Shown: in pieces, positions 1 to 14,670 of the stretch
How the letters are laid out: every line of letters starts with the position of its first letter
Numbering within the stretch: the stretch's first letter is position 1
Assembly (NCBI GenBank): GCA_030704615.1
Contig: CM060733.1
Coordinates: 44,516,001 to 44,580,000 of the forward strand
From: Takakia lepidozioides
Taxonomy: Eukaryota; Plantae; Bryophyta
Direction: 5' to 3'
Length of the DNA stretch: 64,000 nt
Program-made: the position numbers and the translations under genes
Notes under the pieces: model-generated
What the model saw: only the letters and a program-made list of their open reading frames with translations
Told to the model about the DNA's origin: nothing
The model's database searches: none

Positions 1-873
1 ACTGCCACACTGAACGCCCCTCAGGGAAGACTAGAGAATATCTCCAGTCATCTCAACTGCCTGAAAGGCCCTCTCGCAAGAGTGGAGAGTTTCCCCTGAT
101 CTCTTCTCGGTCTGACAGGCCCTCTTTCAGGGGTGGGGATTTTGTTCAGAGATCTTACTGCCCTGACGACTTTTGAAAGGCCTATTAATGATTTCTTAGT
201 GCTGCTACAGACAACTACTTGATTGTGCTGTTTTCATCTGTCAATCGAGCATCCACAAATTTACTGCTAAAACACCAGATCTATCAAGGCCTTACTTTGC
301 ATTTATCCAACATAACTTGTAAGTGTGTAGTCATACTTGATACAAGACATCCAAGGGGTAGTGTCCAGTTGGCAACAGACCAATTGCAGGCTGGAGTGTC
401 CCCACTCCAAGGCTGGCAATACCATGATGTGGCCAGAGCTTATGATGCATCAAATGCAGAGCCCATCTAAAAGGGACCAAACCACATGCTGATTGCTTCC
501 AAGGCCGAACCCCATTTAGAACTGGTTGATCTTGTAAGTGTTTGCATTTCTCAACTACGCATCCGAGTGAGCCTTCAATTAAACTCAAACCCAGACTAGC
601 CTCTATCCAAGAATTGGGAACTTGGGAGTTATAGTGTACACCAATATGAGACAAAAGTCCAGGGTGACACTCACAGCTAAGTTGTCTTATCGGAGTGCGT
701 CTCTTGAACATTCTGTTGGATTGGTCAGGAGTATATTGCGATCAAAATTTGATCCAGAACATCGCATTACATAGAAGTGAATCTAAGTTGTCCCAGTTCG
801 GATTGGATATGCTTGCTGAAGAAGCTGATTTACATGCCTCTCAAGAATTGTACTGGGCAGACAGACCCCTTCA

Positions 874-1135
874 TATACCCTGTTTTCCAACCAGACCAAC
901 ATCCATCTCTCACCGTCACTGTACTTCAAAGGGATGATGTCCATATTCAGTCAAGCTCAATACCTTCAACCTGTCTTCCAAAACTTGGTGTAACACTTGG
1001 TCAATACCAGTGTTGTTCTGGTATTATACCTTGTTTTCCAAACAGACCAACATCCATCTCTCCAAGCTCAATACCTTCAACCTGTCTTCCAAAACTTGGC
1101 GTAACACTTGGTCAATACCAGTGTTGATCTGGTAT
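874..1135. repeat. Imperfect local tandem duplication (874-1024 repeated as 1025-1135 with an internal deletion of about 40 bp)
   Basis: TATACCyTGTTTTCCAAmCAGACCAACATCCATCTCTC occurs at 874 and 1025. CAAGCTCAATACCTTCAACCTGTCTTCCAAAACTTGG...CTGGTAT occurs at 952-1024 and 1063-1135. Confidence 0.85.
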
Positions 1136-2718
1136 ATAGGGTTTTATCAGGTCACAATTCTCAGCCATGGTATGAAAAGACCGACCCGGCTGGTATGCAG
1201 AGTTCCAATACCTGAATAATCCTGAATAATTATCTACCATCCGCGCGGATCGACCAATGAAACGCAGAGAGGATACAAAGATAAAACTTTTTTTTTTTTT
1301 CGTTTTTCGCCCAACGGGCTTTTCCTTCGGCCCCGTATTCTCTCTTTGCGTGTCAGGGGATGTACAGAGGAAAATAAGCAGGGAGTTCTTTTCGTTAACT
1401 CACTTCGTGGCCCTCACCCTTCGTCAAGCCCGTGAAGGTGGCACGAAGTGAAGAATACTTAATGGCTTTGCCATGGTCGCCTCGCCCCGCTTGGCCGGTT
1501 CCGGATCGACGATAAACGATCTGGGGTGGGGGAAGCGATGCGCGAACAGAAGCTGTTGGGCTCCTGCGCCTCCTCTCCCTGTATAACCCGGAGACAAAAA
1601 AAGGCTAGCCAGACGAAAGGGTGGGGAGGGGATAGATTGTTAAGGCTCCGCATGTGGCAGCGAGCAGAATTAGGCCAAAGATCAGACAGATCAATAAGAA
1701 AAATCTATTTTTGTTGCGCCCTGCAGCCTAGATGAGGAACCTACCAGACTGGTATTATTGGACAGAAAAACATTCTAATACCGAATCAATTCCAGGTTCA
1801 TACCCTGTTGATACCCGTTGATTTTGACCTGGTATTCAGAACCAAATGGTATCAACATCATTTTAGTTTTGAAATACTTAGAACCAGCTGTTAGTAAAAA
1901 CTTTCAAAAAAACAAAAAATAGACCCGGGGTAATGTGAAAAATGTAGGACCACACTCAAGACCCCCATTTTCAATACTGCTCACTTCACTAAATTACAGG
2001 AGAAAATTTACTGACATTGTAATGCACACACACTTGTCAGCAGGATTGACATAAAATTTCTTGGTTCTCAATCCATTATTTCTGTCAGACTTCCAAAAGC
2101 ATCATGGAAAAGCAGATAAATCAGAACAGACATTCTGGAGAATTGCAGAATTCGTATCATAGTGAACAGACTTTTGCCAAGCCTGTTAGAAGTCAAGAAA
2201 AAGCAGTAGACAGTAAACAGCTCCCTAACCTTTCACTGAACAAAACACCCAAAACACAAAACTCCCACCTCAAGGACGAAGGTAACTGTGATCCTAAATT
2301 AAAAGACAAACTAAATTGAGAGTAAAGTGAGATCCATTCTGCGAATGAATTAGAAGCATGACATCTAAATGAGTGTGCTGCCTAACACAGATTAATGTTT
2401 TATACTTCGAAAGTTTTTGTCCTTTAACCTTAAGACAGCAGTCACACAGGATTGGGACAGTTCAACACAATGTTTGGCCATGCCAGGGTAGCCTACTGAT
2501 ACTGGGAAGTATCTGCACTTTCCAACAACCTCAAATAGTGCAAGCTAACAAGAGCACACACTGCCGTGAATCTGTAGAGTATAGTTTTAAATTCTTGCAA
2601 TCTAACAACGGTTAGGGCCAGGCCTTACAGCATATTTCAAGAACAAATGGGCCCAATTCCCACACTATCCCAATCCCAAGGGTCCAGCTGCTTGTAGTAC
2701 ACTTCCTCAATGTCAGCT

Positions 2719-4130
<1,412 letters not shown>

Positions 4131-5905
4131 GTTTTCCAGCCCCTTCCACTCCCAACCACTTCCGCAGCTCCTCCTCCGCCAACCTTCCTCCGATTCAAGA
4201 GCTCGAGATCTGCCGAGCTCGATCCAGCGACGAGACGAGCGAGACGAGCGAGACGGGCACGCAAGGGTTGCAAGCGTGCGAGCCAGACCGAGGGAGGCGC
4301 GCTTCCCTCTCTCTCACTACTAGTCACTTGCTAGTAACTTCACCGCCTGCACCCGGTCACCCTCGCCAGCTGGCCGCCTACCACTGTTCCCACGTTCCAA
4401 ACGTGTTCCCACAGCTTTAGGGTTCTCACACATTTGAGGGTTTTCGAAGCGAGAGAGACGAGGGTTTCGTGTTATTTGCTGCAGAGGAAGCCGCGATGGT
4501 GGAGCGTCAAGAAACAAGAAACCCACAGCAGTGGGTCATCGGGAGAGCTTGGCAGGCGTTGGAATTGATGAGAGCATGCGTGCTCATCGTTAAATTGATA
4601 AAGAAAACAGAAAGCAGCACGCAGGAGGGGCCGGATTGGTGCCATGTGGGAACCCACGCTTGCTGCGAGGGGTATATGCCATGGGTGCTGCACAGCGCAG
4701 CTCCACAACTGTCAACACTTCTCTGAGCCTGGCCGTCAACAACCCCCAATGCATGTTGCGTGTTGTGCATGCAGGTGACGTGCAACATCTGAACGCTGTG
4801 CCAAAAACTTAGGTCAGGTGGGAGATGTGGCCGTCACTGGAATGGACATGGGATGACCTAGCTCGCGCTCGCTTAGCGTGCGAGAGGTTCGGGGATATAT
4901 ACGCGGCATCTCACGCAGCGTGTGTGATAAGTTTGTTTCCAAAAACGTTGCTCATCCTAAGTTATATGCCCGCACCTCTCGCATGCTAAGAGCGAGCGCG
5001 AGTCCAGGAACTTGCGCATCCTTCATCGTCGTCACCCTCAACCACATCCGATGCGAGGATTCCTTGTTTGATCGTAAAGCTCATCATGATATTAGAAACA
5101 TCTAATATCAAACCAAGATCTTCAGAGAATTGCTCATTTATGAATCTCTCAGGGAGAACGAAAGTTTGGAGAAAGAAAGATTTTAGGCAATGTGGGTGGA
5201 ATGTGTTAGGCGAGTGTGTTCGCTCATCTTTGGCTTCCATACTACTTACCCCTTTTTTCTCACGTTATCATGAGTTGTCTGTCATTTCCAGGTGAGAGAA
5301 TGTGATTGTGTTTGACGCCATGCCCGCGACGCCATCTACTCTAAGAAAAACATCTCTGCAGAAGAAATTACCATCAACCAAGAACGCCAATTACAACTCA
5401 AGAAGAAGAGACAGCAAAGCTAGCTCATTAGCTAGCACAAAGAGAAGAATTGGAAGAATGGAAAGAATCTTCGTAGAGAAGCAAGTCAGTCTGCTTATAT
5501 GACGGATGGAAGGCTCTGAAACTAGAGATTCACCATCGTGGCTGCACTGTCAAGGTGGTCTCTGTTTATGGGCTCTAATGGGACTTATTACTTCCCAACC
5601 CAGACTAGAGGTAAGCTGAATGGAAAGTATGGAGTCTGTTTCGGGCACATGATGTCATTCAAATTCTTCACTGATTTGAATCAATGCTGTCCTGACATGA
5701 CAGCTCTGTATCTACTCCTGTCTCTTGGACTGCGATTGACAGAAGCTACATTCACCACACGCATTTAGTTGTGGCGCTATCCCATCTTATCTTGATCGTG
5801 ACCGACGGTTGGGGATCGGACGGCGAGAAAGCCGTCTCTCTCGGCAGAAGGCGAAGGCCTGAAGAAACTGGGTTGGGTTTGGCGTTGTGGGAGGGAGAGG
5901 GAGAG

Positions 5906-6682
5906 ATGGCGAGCGTGCAGCAGACGGTGGCGTTGGGAGGAAGGAGACAGGCCGTGGCTGTGGTGGGTTCTTCGGGGTCTGCACTGCCTCGGGTGGGTGT
6001 GGTGAACAAGGCGTGGCTGTCGGGGGGTTCGGCGTGCTTGAGGCACAATGCATTGGTGGCCAAGGTGCCGGGAGCGGTGGGGCAGAGAGCGGGGCACAGG
6101 GCTGTGGTGGTGATGAATACAGACACTGCGTCAGGGTCGTACGCGACTGCGCTGGCAGAGCTGGCGGAATCGAAGGACAGCTTGGAGGCAGTGAATAGGG
6201 ACCTCGAGTCGCTGGAGGATGTGGTCAAAAGCGAGGAGATTTACAAGTTCTTGGTGAGCCCTGTGGTGGAGGAAGACAAAAAGAAGGACATACTGAAGGG
6301 GCTGGCGAAGGACGCCCAGTATACTGTTGATACCTTGAGCTTCTTGGATCTTTTGGTGGAAAAAAGGCGGATTAACCTCATCAAGGACATTATCAAGGAG
6401 TGGGAGGTGATCTATAATGAGAAGACCGACACCCAGGTGGCCACTGTTACGTCGGCGGTGAAGATTGAGAAGGCGCAACTGGCGTTAATTGCCAAGAAGA
6501 TTCAGAGCCTGAGTGGAGCCAAGAATGTGCGCATAAAGAATGTGGTAGACCCATCTCTCATTGCAGGTTTTGAAATCAAGTACGGTAAAGATGGCTCGTG
6601 CTTCATTGACATGAGTGTTAAGGGTCAGCTTGATAAATTGGCTGCACAAATTGAGTTTGCTGATAAGGTTGCAGCCTTTTAA
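5906..6682 (+). CDS. ATPD: Chloroplast ATP synthase CF1 delta subunit, nuclear-encoded, intronless, with transit peptide
   Basis: ATG at 5906 (MASVQQTVALGG..., transit-peptide-like). Mature part SGSYATALAELA...ATVTSAVKIEKAQLALIAKKIQSLSGAKNVRIKNVVDPSLIAGFEIKYGKDGSCFIDMSVKGQL is typical of delta/OSCP. Confidence 0.95.
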   Translation: MASVQQTVALGGRRQAVAVVGSSGSALPRVGVVNKAWLSGGSACLRHNALVAKVPGAVGQRAGHRAVVVMNTDTASGSYATALAELAESKDSLEAVNRDLESLEDVVKSEEIYKFLVSPVVEEDKKKDILKGLAKDAQYTVDTLSFLDLLVEKRRINLIKDIIKEWEVIYNEKTDTQVATVTSAVKIEKAQLALIAKKIQSLSGAKNVRIKNVVDPSLIAGFEIKYGKDGSCFIDMSVKGQLDKLAAQIEFADKVAAF

Positions 6683-6909
6683 GATCAATCCTGTAGCGAT
6701 TGCCACCAGTGTTCTCAACAGTGGCAATGTTACCTGTTGTCATCATTTGATCGAGTGTCCATAAACCTGGAAGAGGAGAGACTTCGGGAGCTGATGATGA
6801 TATGGGTGGGGTTCAGATTGTGTCTCTGTAAAGGAGCCTTAGACCTGTGCTTAGATAGAGCACTGTTCTCGGAAGCATTCATATGTGTAATTTTATGGTT
6901 CAGCAGTAA

Positions 6910-9364
6910 TGTTGCCAATTCGCGATTGTGCTCATCTTCTGTGCATATACTTTCCTCAGGCAAGCAAGAAGAAGATTTGTCATGTAAACGTGCTGCTGAG
7001 AGTTCTCACGCACAGGTTCTGGGCTTCCATGTATTGTGGGTCCACTGGACACTTTCTGGTTGCTCAAAACTCTCATGTGTTGCTATTCCAGTGGGGTGCA
7101 ATTCTTCTGAAGGGATTTGTTCAAGTGTATCTCTTTCGTATGGATATGTAAAAGCAACACAAGAGGAAAAGTGCTGTCTGCAAGCTATTCCCTGATACCA
7201 TGATTCTCAATCTCTGATCCCAAAATGCTCAGCAACAACAGGCAACTTTTGCTTTTAGAAGTTGGTCCCTCAAAGGCCATTTGACTGTGTGTAGATGATG
7301 AGTGTGAAGGTGGTAAGTTGATGACAGTCCATATAAAATTCCATGTGTAGAGATGTGGGAAGGAAGGTTGTGCAACTGGTGCAGTCCTCAGCGATGGCGA
7401 TATGCCACAATAACCGCCCTCCCAATCTACAGACCCCACTGCTGCTGCCCTGCCATTGTGCAGGCACAAGAAAACCTCAGGAGTCTCTATCTTCTCCTGC
7501 TGAGAGGTCACAGAGATGCAATTGATACTGGATGGAATATTACCCATTCCGTGGACTGCATGCAAACCCAGCTACTCCAGTAGCTCAGGAATCAACATCC
7601 AGGCTAAAAACACACTAGGTTCACAGGAAAGAAGATTTTCCAGACTGGCAAAACCCACTGCTTGCCCAATATAGCCTAGTTAGTATGCAAGGATTTCGGA
7701 ATTGAAATCACATCCTCAGCTGATATTCTCATCAGATAGTAACAATGTCCGTCCAAAACTCAAGCTGCACACTCCATGTTCCTAGACCTCACTATTGACT
7801 CTTGACCTTCTCTCATTCCCAGAGGTTGGGATCAGGCAGAAGATTACTTGGTTTCCATTTCTGATATCCATGGGGACTGCAAGCCTGGTGGTTGATTGCC
7901 CCTCCATACAGACCTGCATATGTGACAGAACCGACCATGATAGTATCTACCACTAGAATTGGGGATACCAGTTTTCTCCGCAGTCAGCTGCAAATTTCAG
8001 AGTGAGTTTTATGGTCAAGAAGGGAGTGGGGAGTGATGAACTATCAAATACTTCTATCCCAGTCACAGTTATCCCTTGGTGTGGCAACCCTTAATAATCT
8101 GACCCCTTTAATTCTGCCCTCCTATAGTCAAATTGGTACAATGGTTCAGGAAATAAAGTGCTAGAAAATATGTACATCCGTTGCATGTACTTGTGATATA
8201 TGTCAGATGTACTTCGCCGCCTGCCAATATATGGTGGCCTTCTTGCATGGTTTCAAATTCGGAAGTGCCGTAGAAATCTAATGCTAGTTCAATTTGGAGC
8301 AGTTCTTGCAGATTCGCCATAAATGTTGTGCTTCACGTATGCATCCACGTGTGTCGTACTGCCTGCCCTGTGCTTTGCATTTTGCCGTCATCGTCGCCAT
8401 GGGGTCATTCGGCATAAAGGGTTGTGTCGGAAATGATCTTGTGTTGCACACATCCGTGCGAGGTAACTCTTGGAGTGTCAGTGTTTGTGCTGTGCTCTTC
8501 TGGCACGGCACAACCTCATTACATTTGGGGTCTTCCTGTTTACTGCTCTCCAGGGTTGTTGCCGTCTTTCCATAAAGGATGTTTTCATGTCATGTTCAGG
8601 GTTTGTTTTTCATCCAAAAACAGCACGGCTTCTTGTGGCTTCCTGTATTTGAAAACAGTTTTTCTAGTTGGTGTCTCTCAGCGTGGTTGTCTGCGAAGTT
8701 CAGTGCATGTCATTCCTGCATCCTTTTGATGCATCACCCGCAGCCTTTGGGTTAGTGCTACCCTTGTTGACCTCAATTTTTTTGTGGTAGATCCCCTTTC
8801 GAGAATTGCGGGCTATCAGTTCGGGGATTCCGTTGTGAATCGAAAGTTTCGGTCAGAACACTTCTTTGTCTGTGTTTTGAGCAGTGGTGAGAACACTAAG
8901 TATCTTCAAGAGTCACATCTTCCTCTGCTGTTTTTATGTCGATCTGGAAAACCATTCTAGTGACACCTGCAAACTCCAGAGATCATCTTTTAAAGCAAAC
9001 AAGCGATCTTCTTTTATCATCTTTTATGCTTGGGCTTTGCTTATCTTTGTTTCGCACTTGCCCTTATCTCTGATAACATATTAACAATTACGGATACATG
9101 CTGCCTGCCTGCAGGGAAAACCGATACTGGCTGGGCCTGAATGTGCTGATGTGGTCATCCTACAACTTGAGACGATCAAATGCACCTTCTATAGCTTGAG
9201 CCTTCCAATCCCTTCATAGACTACTGCTGCATACCTCAAAGATGCCCTTTAACGGTGATCACATCATTCATTGCACAGTCCAACAACCTCAAAATCTAAG
9301 ATCTCTTTTTTTTTCACTTGGAAACTAGAGAAGACGCCAGTTTGCATGATGATGAAGAAAAAAA
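6910..9364. repeat. Dispersed duplicated segment, copy A, with about 700 bp of extra sequence at ~8150-8852
   Basis: Colinear high-identity match to 31784-33516 in the same orientation. The same spurious ORFs (e.g. ...LSGCSKLSCVAIPVGCNSSEGICSS...) appear in both places. Confidence 0.9.
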
Positions 9365-9554
9365 TGAACGAAACTGGCGGCCTTTCTCTTCTAAGAGATT
9401 CTTAATCTTCCAGAGATCTTATAAAGGCTCAGTTTTGTGTGGCTGGGGCAGGAGTGTATCTGGGGAGGAGATCTTCACAAAAGTGTTCTTTTTGCTCTCA
9501 TCCATCTCACTGATGTAGGTGTAGGTATACCCAATGGTTACCTTATGAGTAATG

Positions 9555-10092
9555 TGTCGTGCACCTAAGCATCGTGCCACAACATACATCATTGTCCACC
9601 ACACAATCTAAGCACACAATCCTAGAAAGCTATACCACAATGATAATGGAAGTGAACATAATGGAAACCCTCCACTCATGAATCCACTCAATCACATAAA
9701 CTAAGTCAAGCCAAGGGCACCCTTGCTAAGGGAATCCACCCTACAAAGCCCTCACCACACTCCCTCTCAATACCTAGAGCTATGGAGGTGAGAGAAGCTC
9801 ATGGAGGCTCAACTACAAGAAGATGAGCCTCCTCCATCCTCACAAGGGGAAAACCTATCCCCATGTCCCAAGTGAGGCTCGACACCTCATTTGGCATGTG
9901 AGACCAAATGAAGTCCCAACACACAAAATATAAATATAAATATCTAAAATGTCTTAGTTAACTAGAAGAAGGTAATTCTAGATAACCATGACTAAAACCA
10001 TGACAGCTGTCGTGCACCTAAGCATCGTGCCACAACATACATCGTTGTCCACCACACAATCTAAGCACACAATCCTAGAAAGCTATACCACA
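9555..10092 (-). repeat. 3' LTR of copy 1 (a-b-a structure, 85-bp terminal direct repeat), with PPT-like AGGGGGCGA on the minus strand at ~10094-10102
   Basis: TG...CA ends. Close match to 20197-20773. Purine tract immediately upstream on the minus strand. Confidence 0.8.
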
Positions 10093-10353
10093 ATCGCCCC
10101 CTAGCTGGTGATTAGGTCCTCTAACACCGGATAGCTGACAAGTATTCATCCCAATAAGATCATCGTTTGGTCATCAATCGCCCAAGTCCCAGTATCTGAA
10201 GGCAATAGATCAAAAGGCCGGGTGCAAAAGTAGCCCCATCGTTACTCGCCTTCCTGCAATCCATGGCTTCAATTGAGTGTCCATGGCATTGAACTCCCGT
10301 TAGCTAGACCTTGGATCACTTGTCAACCTCACCACTGTCATGCCCCACTACCT

Positions 10354-10505
10354 CTATCTAAGGCATCGTGGACACAACCATTCTCCACTAGGAACCTCCT
10401 CAAGTGGCGGTGTCAAGCATCCCATGTGCCCACCCCTTGAGCATTTGTCACACACCAACATGGTCGCGGCACCACCAGCATGCCCACATAGCATGCAACG
10501 CAACC
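10354..10505 (-). other. PHD finger at the integrase C-terminus, copy 1
   Basis: RCMLCGHAGGAATMLVCDKCSRGGHMGCLTPPLEEVPSGEWLCPRC is C4-H-C3 with the PHD-typical CLxPPLxxVPxGxWxCPxC. Confidence 0.93.
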
Positions 10506-13500
10506 CTGCAGGTACCACTGCAAGGTTGGGATCTATCCTCCCATCCACATGTGGAAGGTGACATGGCGCACAATTGCGCACATGGTCCTTCCATACCATG
10601 CCATCTCGACCCTCCAGAATCAACACTCCTGAAGACAACACCTCCCGGACCCTTAGAATCACACAACTTGTTGTGACATCCAAGGTCGTAGGCGCTGTCT
10701 GCTGCAGATACACATAGTCCCCAGGATGGAAACGCCGAACACCTGGCCGATATCCCCCTCCACGTATAGTGGCGTACCTCAATGTGTCTCGGTGTTGGGC
10801 AATAGCAAGGTTTTCAAAAGCCATAGGCATGACTCTCTTGAACAACTCTGCCTGCTGGGCACATGCTTGTGTCCACACATCCGGATCATCAAGGTTGAGG
10901 ACTACTGCAGTCTCCCTGCGAATAGATGCAGGCAAATCTGGCTCTCGGCCAAAGAGAAGGAAATAAGGCGAGAACGAGGCAAGTGATGCTTGCTTGCTAA
11001 ACCTGTAGCCCATGGCCAACCAAGGTAGCTGAAGGTCCCAATCTCCCAAGTGTCCCTTCTGCAAGCCATACTTGCGCAAGCCTCGTTTGACTGTTTGCAC
11101 AACCCTCTCGGCCAAGCCATCAGCCTCGGGATGATCCCGAGAAGTAGTGCGGTGATCTATCAAGGCTTGCTCACAAAGCCTGAAACTCCCCAAGAACTCT
11201 CTCCCCTGGTCCGTGAGTACCTCGGCTGGAGCACCAAATTGGCTAAGCACTCGATCTAAGAATGCATACGCAGCCCCCTCACTTGCCTTGTCAGGCAATG
11301 CCACCAGTTCAATCCATTTGGAGAAATGTTCCACCATCACCAGCACATACTTGTTATGGCGAATCGTCAGTGACAATGGGCCTGCGAAGTCAAGACTCCA
11401 ACGATAGCCCAAACCCATAATGGTAAAGGATGCAATTGTGGAGTAGGTGCATTGAAAGAAGCCCGCACTCTATCACACACCATGCACCTTGCCACTAACT
11501 GTTGCACATCCGTGTGCATGCCCCGCCACCAATACTGTCTTTGCAGCAAACTATGAGTGCGCCGCACCCCAAAATGTCCCAACTCCTCATGGGCATGACG
11601 TACCAATCGCGCTCGTTGTGTTGGATGAGGCACAATCCTCACTCGTCCATCCTCCCATACTCGGAGTAGATGAGTCCCCTCCCACTTGAACCTCTTGGCT
11701 CGTTGTAGGATCCGATCTCTCTCCTTAGCAGTCACACTGGCTGCTGTCTCTCCAGTACGAAGGTAGGCCAACACTGCTGCATCTTCATGTACATCCTTAG
11801 CACCACCAAGCTCCTCACTGATCTCTGGATCGTCATGCACACTATCTCTATGACCAATCACATGGGATGGACCAGCTTGAGCTCCCATTGCTAGAATGCA
11901 TAAAAAGGCAGATGTGTGCCATCCTGGCACCATCTCCTCGTCCGTCTCACCATGCCAACGAGCTCATGTATCATCAAGCTCACTTGTGCATGGATTGCGA
12001 CTCAATCCATCCGCATCCCGGTTGACTATTCCGGCTCGATGCACCACCTGGAAGTCGTACTCTTGAAGTGCCCACCGTGCAAGCTTCCCTGTAAGCTTGT
12101 CTGACTCCATCAACCACTTCAATGGTTGGTGATCCGTGACAAGGGTGAAGAGATTGCCATAGAGGTAGCATCTAAAATGTGTCACTGCCCATACTGCAGC
12201 TAGACACTCCCCTTCATAGGAACTATACTTCGCCTCGGCATCATTGTTCGAGCGGCTAGCATATGCCACTACGAACTCTCTCCCTCATCATCCACTGTGT
12301 GAGCACTGCTCCAATCCCCAGCATACTCCAATCCGTATGTAGCTGGAAAGACCGCCCCGAATAGGCCGCCTCAGAATAGGCGCAGAAGTCAATCGAGCCT
12401 TGAGTTCCTCAAAGGCTTCCTCCTGCTCCTCCTCCCACTGCCACTCCTGACCCACCTTGGTCAACTTGGTAAGAGCCTTTGCAATGCTGCTAAATCCCTT
12501 GACAAACCGTCGATAGTAGTTTGTCAACCCCATGAAAGCACGAAGAAAACACAATGGGGCGTGGAATGCGTGCAATGGCCTCCACCTTCGTCTTTTGAAC
12601 ACCCAATCCTCCAGGGTATATCATGTGGCCCAGATACTCAATCTGGTTGTGGAAGAACTTGCACTTCCCAGGTGCAATTTCAACCCATGCGCTCTCAAGC
12701 GCTCAAACACCATCTGAAGGTGTTCTCGTGCTCCTCAATCGTAGCACTAAAGATGATGATGTCATCAATGTAGCACCGGGCGAAGTCTAGCCCCGCAAGA
12801 ATCCTATCCATGACCCTCTGAAACTCTGCAGGAGCATTCTTCAACCCAAACGGTAGGAACCGCCATTGGTACAAGCAATCCTTCCATGTTGGTCAATCCC
12901 CCAGAATGTCGTCTTTTGCTTGTCAGCCTCTTTGATTGGCAACTGGTGGTAACCGGATCGCAAGTCCAATGTGCTAAACACCTTTGCATGCCCAATGGCA
13001 TCAAAGATCTCCTCTGGAGTTGGCATGGCATATCTATCGGACTTAGTCTGACGGTTCACAGGACGGTAGTCCCACACATCCTCCTTTCTGTCCAATTGCC
13101 ATATATCCTTCTTAGCTGGCATCACCGTTGCCGAGGCATACTCCCCGCCTGACAACTCCACCAATCCAGCTTCGAACAACTCCATAGTCCGTGACTGGAT
13201 CAAAGACCTCTCCATATCACTATACCTGTAGGGCCTTCGAAAAATTGGCGTGTCACTTGCCAAATCAATACGAATCTCCTGGCCCTTCAAACTCCCCAAA
13301 TCCTTCAAACCGAAGGCAAAGCAATTTCTATAAGCCCTTAGAAATCGCTGGATCCTCCGCCTCTCTCCTCCGGTGACTGTAGGTCCAACATCTGGTTCCC
13401 AGTTGTCCTCAGTGACTGCAACCTTGGGTACACCAGGCTTGGAGGTAGGAGACGCATCCTTTGGTTGCTAGATAGCAACCTCTTGGGCCTTGTCCGCCCA

Positions 13501-13749
13501 CCCTGACTGTGGCGTAGCCTCCACTTGCTCCGCCATAGCCACCTTGAGAACATCCTCTGGGGAAGAAACATCTTCAACCTCTTCAAAAACCTTAGCCACC
13601 TTGGCCTCCAACTGATCCTCAGTGTATGGCTCTCCCCACTCCTCATACTATTGCTTGAGAGATCCGTCTCGGTTGGCAGAGAGGGTGCAATATCCAATGG
13701 GAGAGCGGAAGTAGCCACCAATGCTTGCAATCTCCATTGCTCAGCCATA

Positions 13750-14670
13750 CACAAGCCATGACCCATGTCAAGCAATTGAGATCAATTGCCTGACCCAACA
13801 CCTGGCGTCGTGATGCCTCTGACAGAGCTGGCACAGCTGTAGTGCCCGTGGCAAATCCCATTGCCCGCTCTCGCTCATCCGCATTGGGCTCCACCAATTG
13901 CTGTAGCACACTGTCCCAAATCAACCCAGGACCATTGTCTCAAAAAGCATGAGACGAGGGAAAGCTCATGAGCGTAGGCAAGGCTGCACGTGGCTGCCCC
14001 ACTCGATTGACCACCGCCAAAGATGGACGATCATCATGTCGCACTCTCTGTGGTTGCCTCCCTTGGTCCAAAATGCCCTCAACCGTGAGGTTGGGTGGCC
14101 GTTGAATGGAATCATAGGCTCTCTTGAGCAACTCTGGTGGTGCAAGATTGGTCCACCACAACCTAGGCCTATGTGCCCGTGAACCCACTGCAGCTGCATC
14201 CAATAATACAGCTGGTCCAATCCATGACCGGATCTGATGTACACTGGCCATAACCCTGGCTCGAGAATCCCCCATGAGAGGAACATTCTCCAGGATGTAA
14301 GCTGGAGGTTGCACTTGCCTCACTGCAAGTCACGCAACACTCGCACATCTCCCAAAACAATGCGATCGTGCATCATGCAAACCATTACCATGACCTGCGG
14401 GTGAATGTCCTTGGCAAGGCCATCCAGCTATCACCAAGTCAATGGCACCATGCTGGTCCAAATCATCCGCCTCCAGCAAGGTAATGTCTGCTGGCAAGGC
14501 CTTTTGGTACCCTTGAATTGCTGAGAGAGGCAACAACTCAGGATACATGGCGCATGGAAACACGCCGAGCAATCTCATCCTTCTCCACTACTTGCGTACT
14601 TTGATTCCTGCTTGCAACACTCCTGCAAGCCCAGTGCTCATGCCTCCAAACAGGTCTAGCAAAAATGCTG
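13750..14670 (-). pseudogene. DNMT3-like C5 cytosine methyltransferase domain within pol, copy 1 (frameshifted)
   Basis: Motif I LLDLFGGMSTGL (~14625-14665), motif IV DLVIAGWPCQG, motif VI YILENV, motif VIII AAAVGSRAHRPRLWWTNL, motifs IX/X ERERAMGF...RRQVLGQAIDL. Confidence 0.9.

Noticed and set aside
1140-1840. Possible MITE with weak inverted ends (CAGGTCAmAAT...GGTATGAA) and a short match to ~60495-60520
   Set aside because: Similarity is too short and degenerate, and no TSD was seen.
5771-5905. 45-aa extension of ATP synthase delta from the GTG start in the ORF track
   Set aside because: Eukaryotic gene. The ATG at 5906 begins a normal transit peptide.
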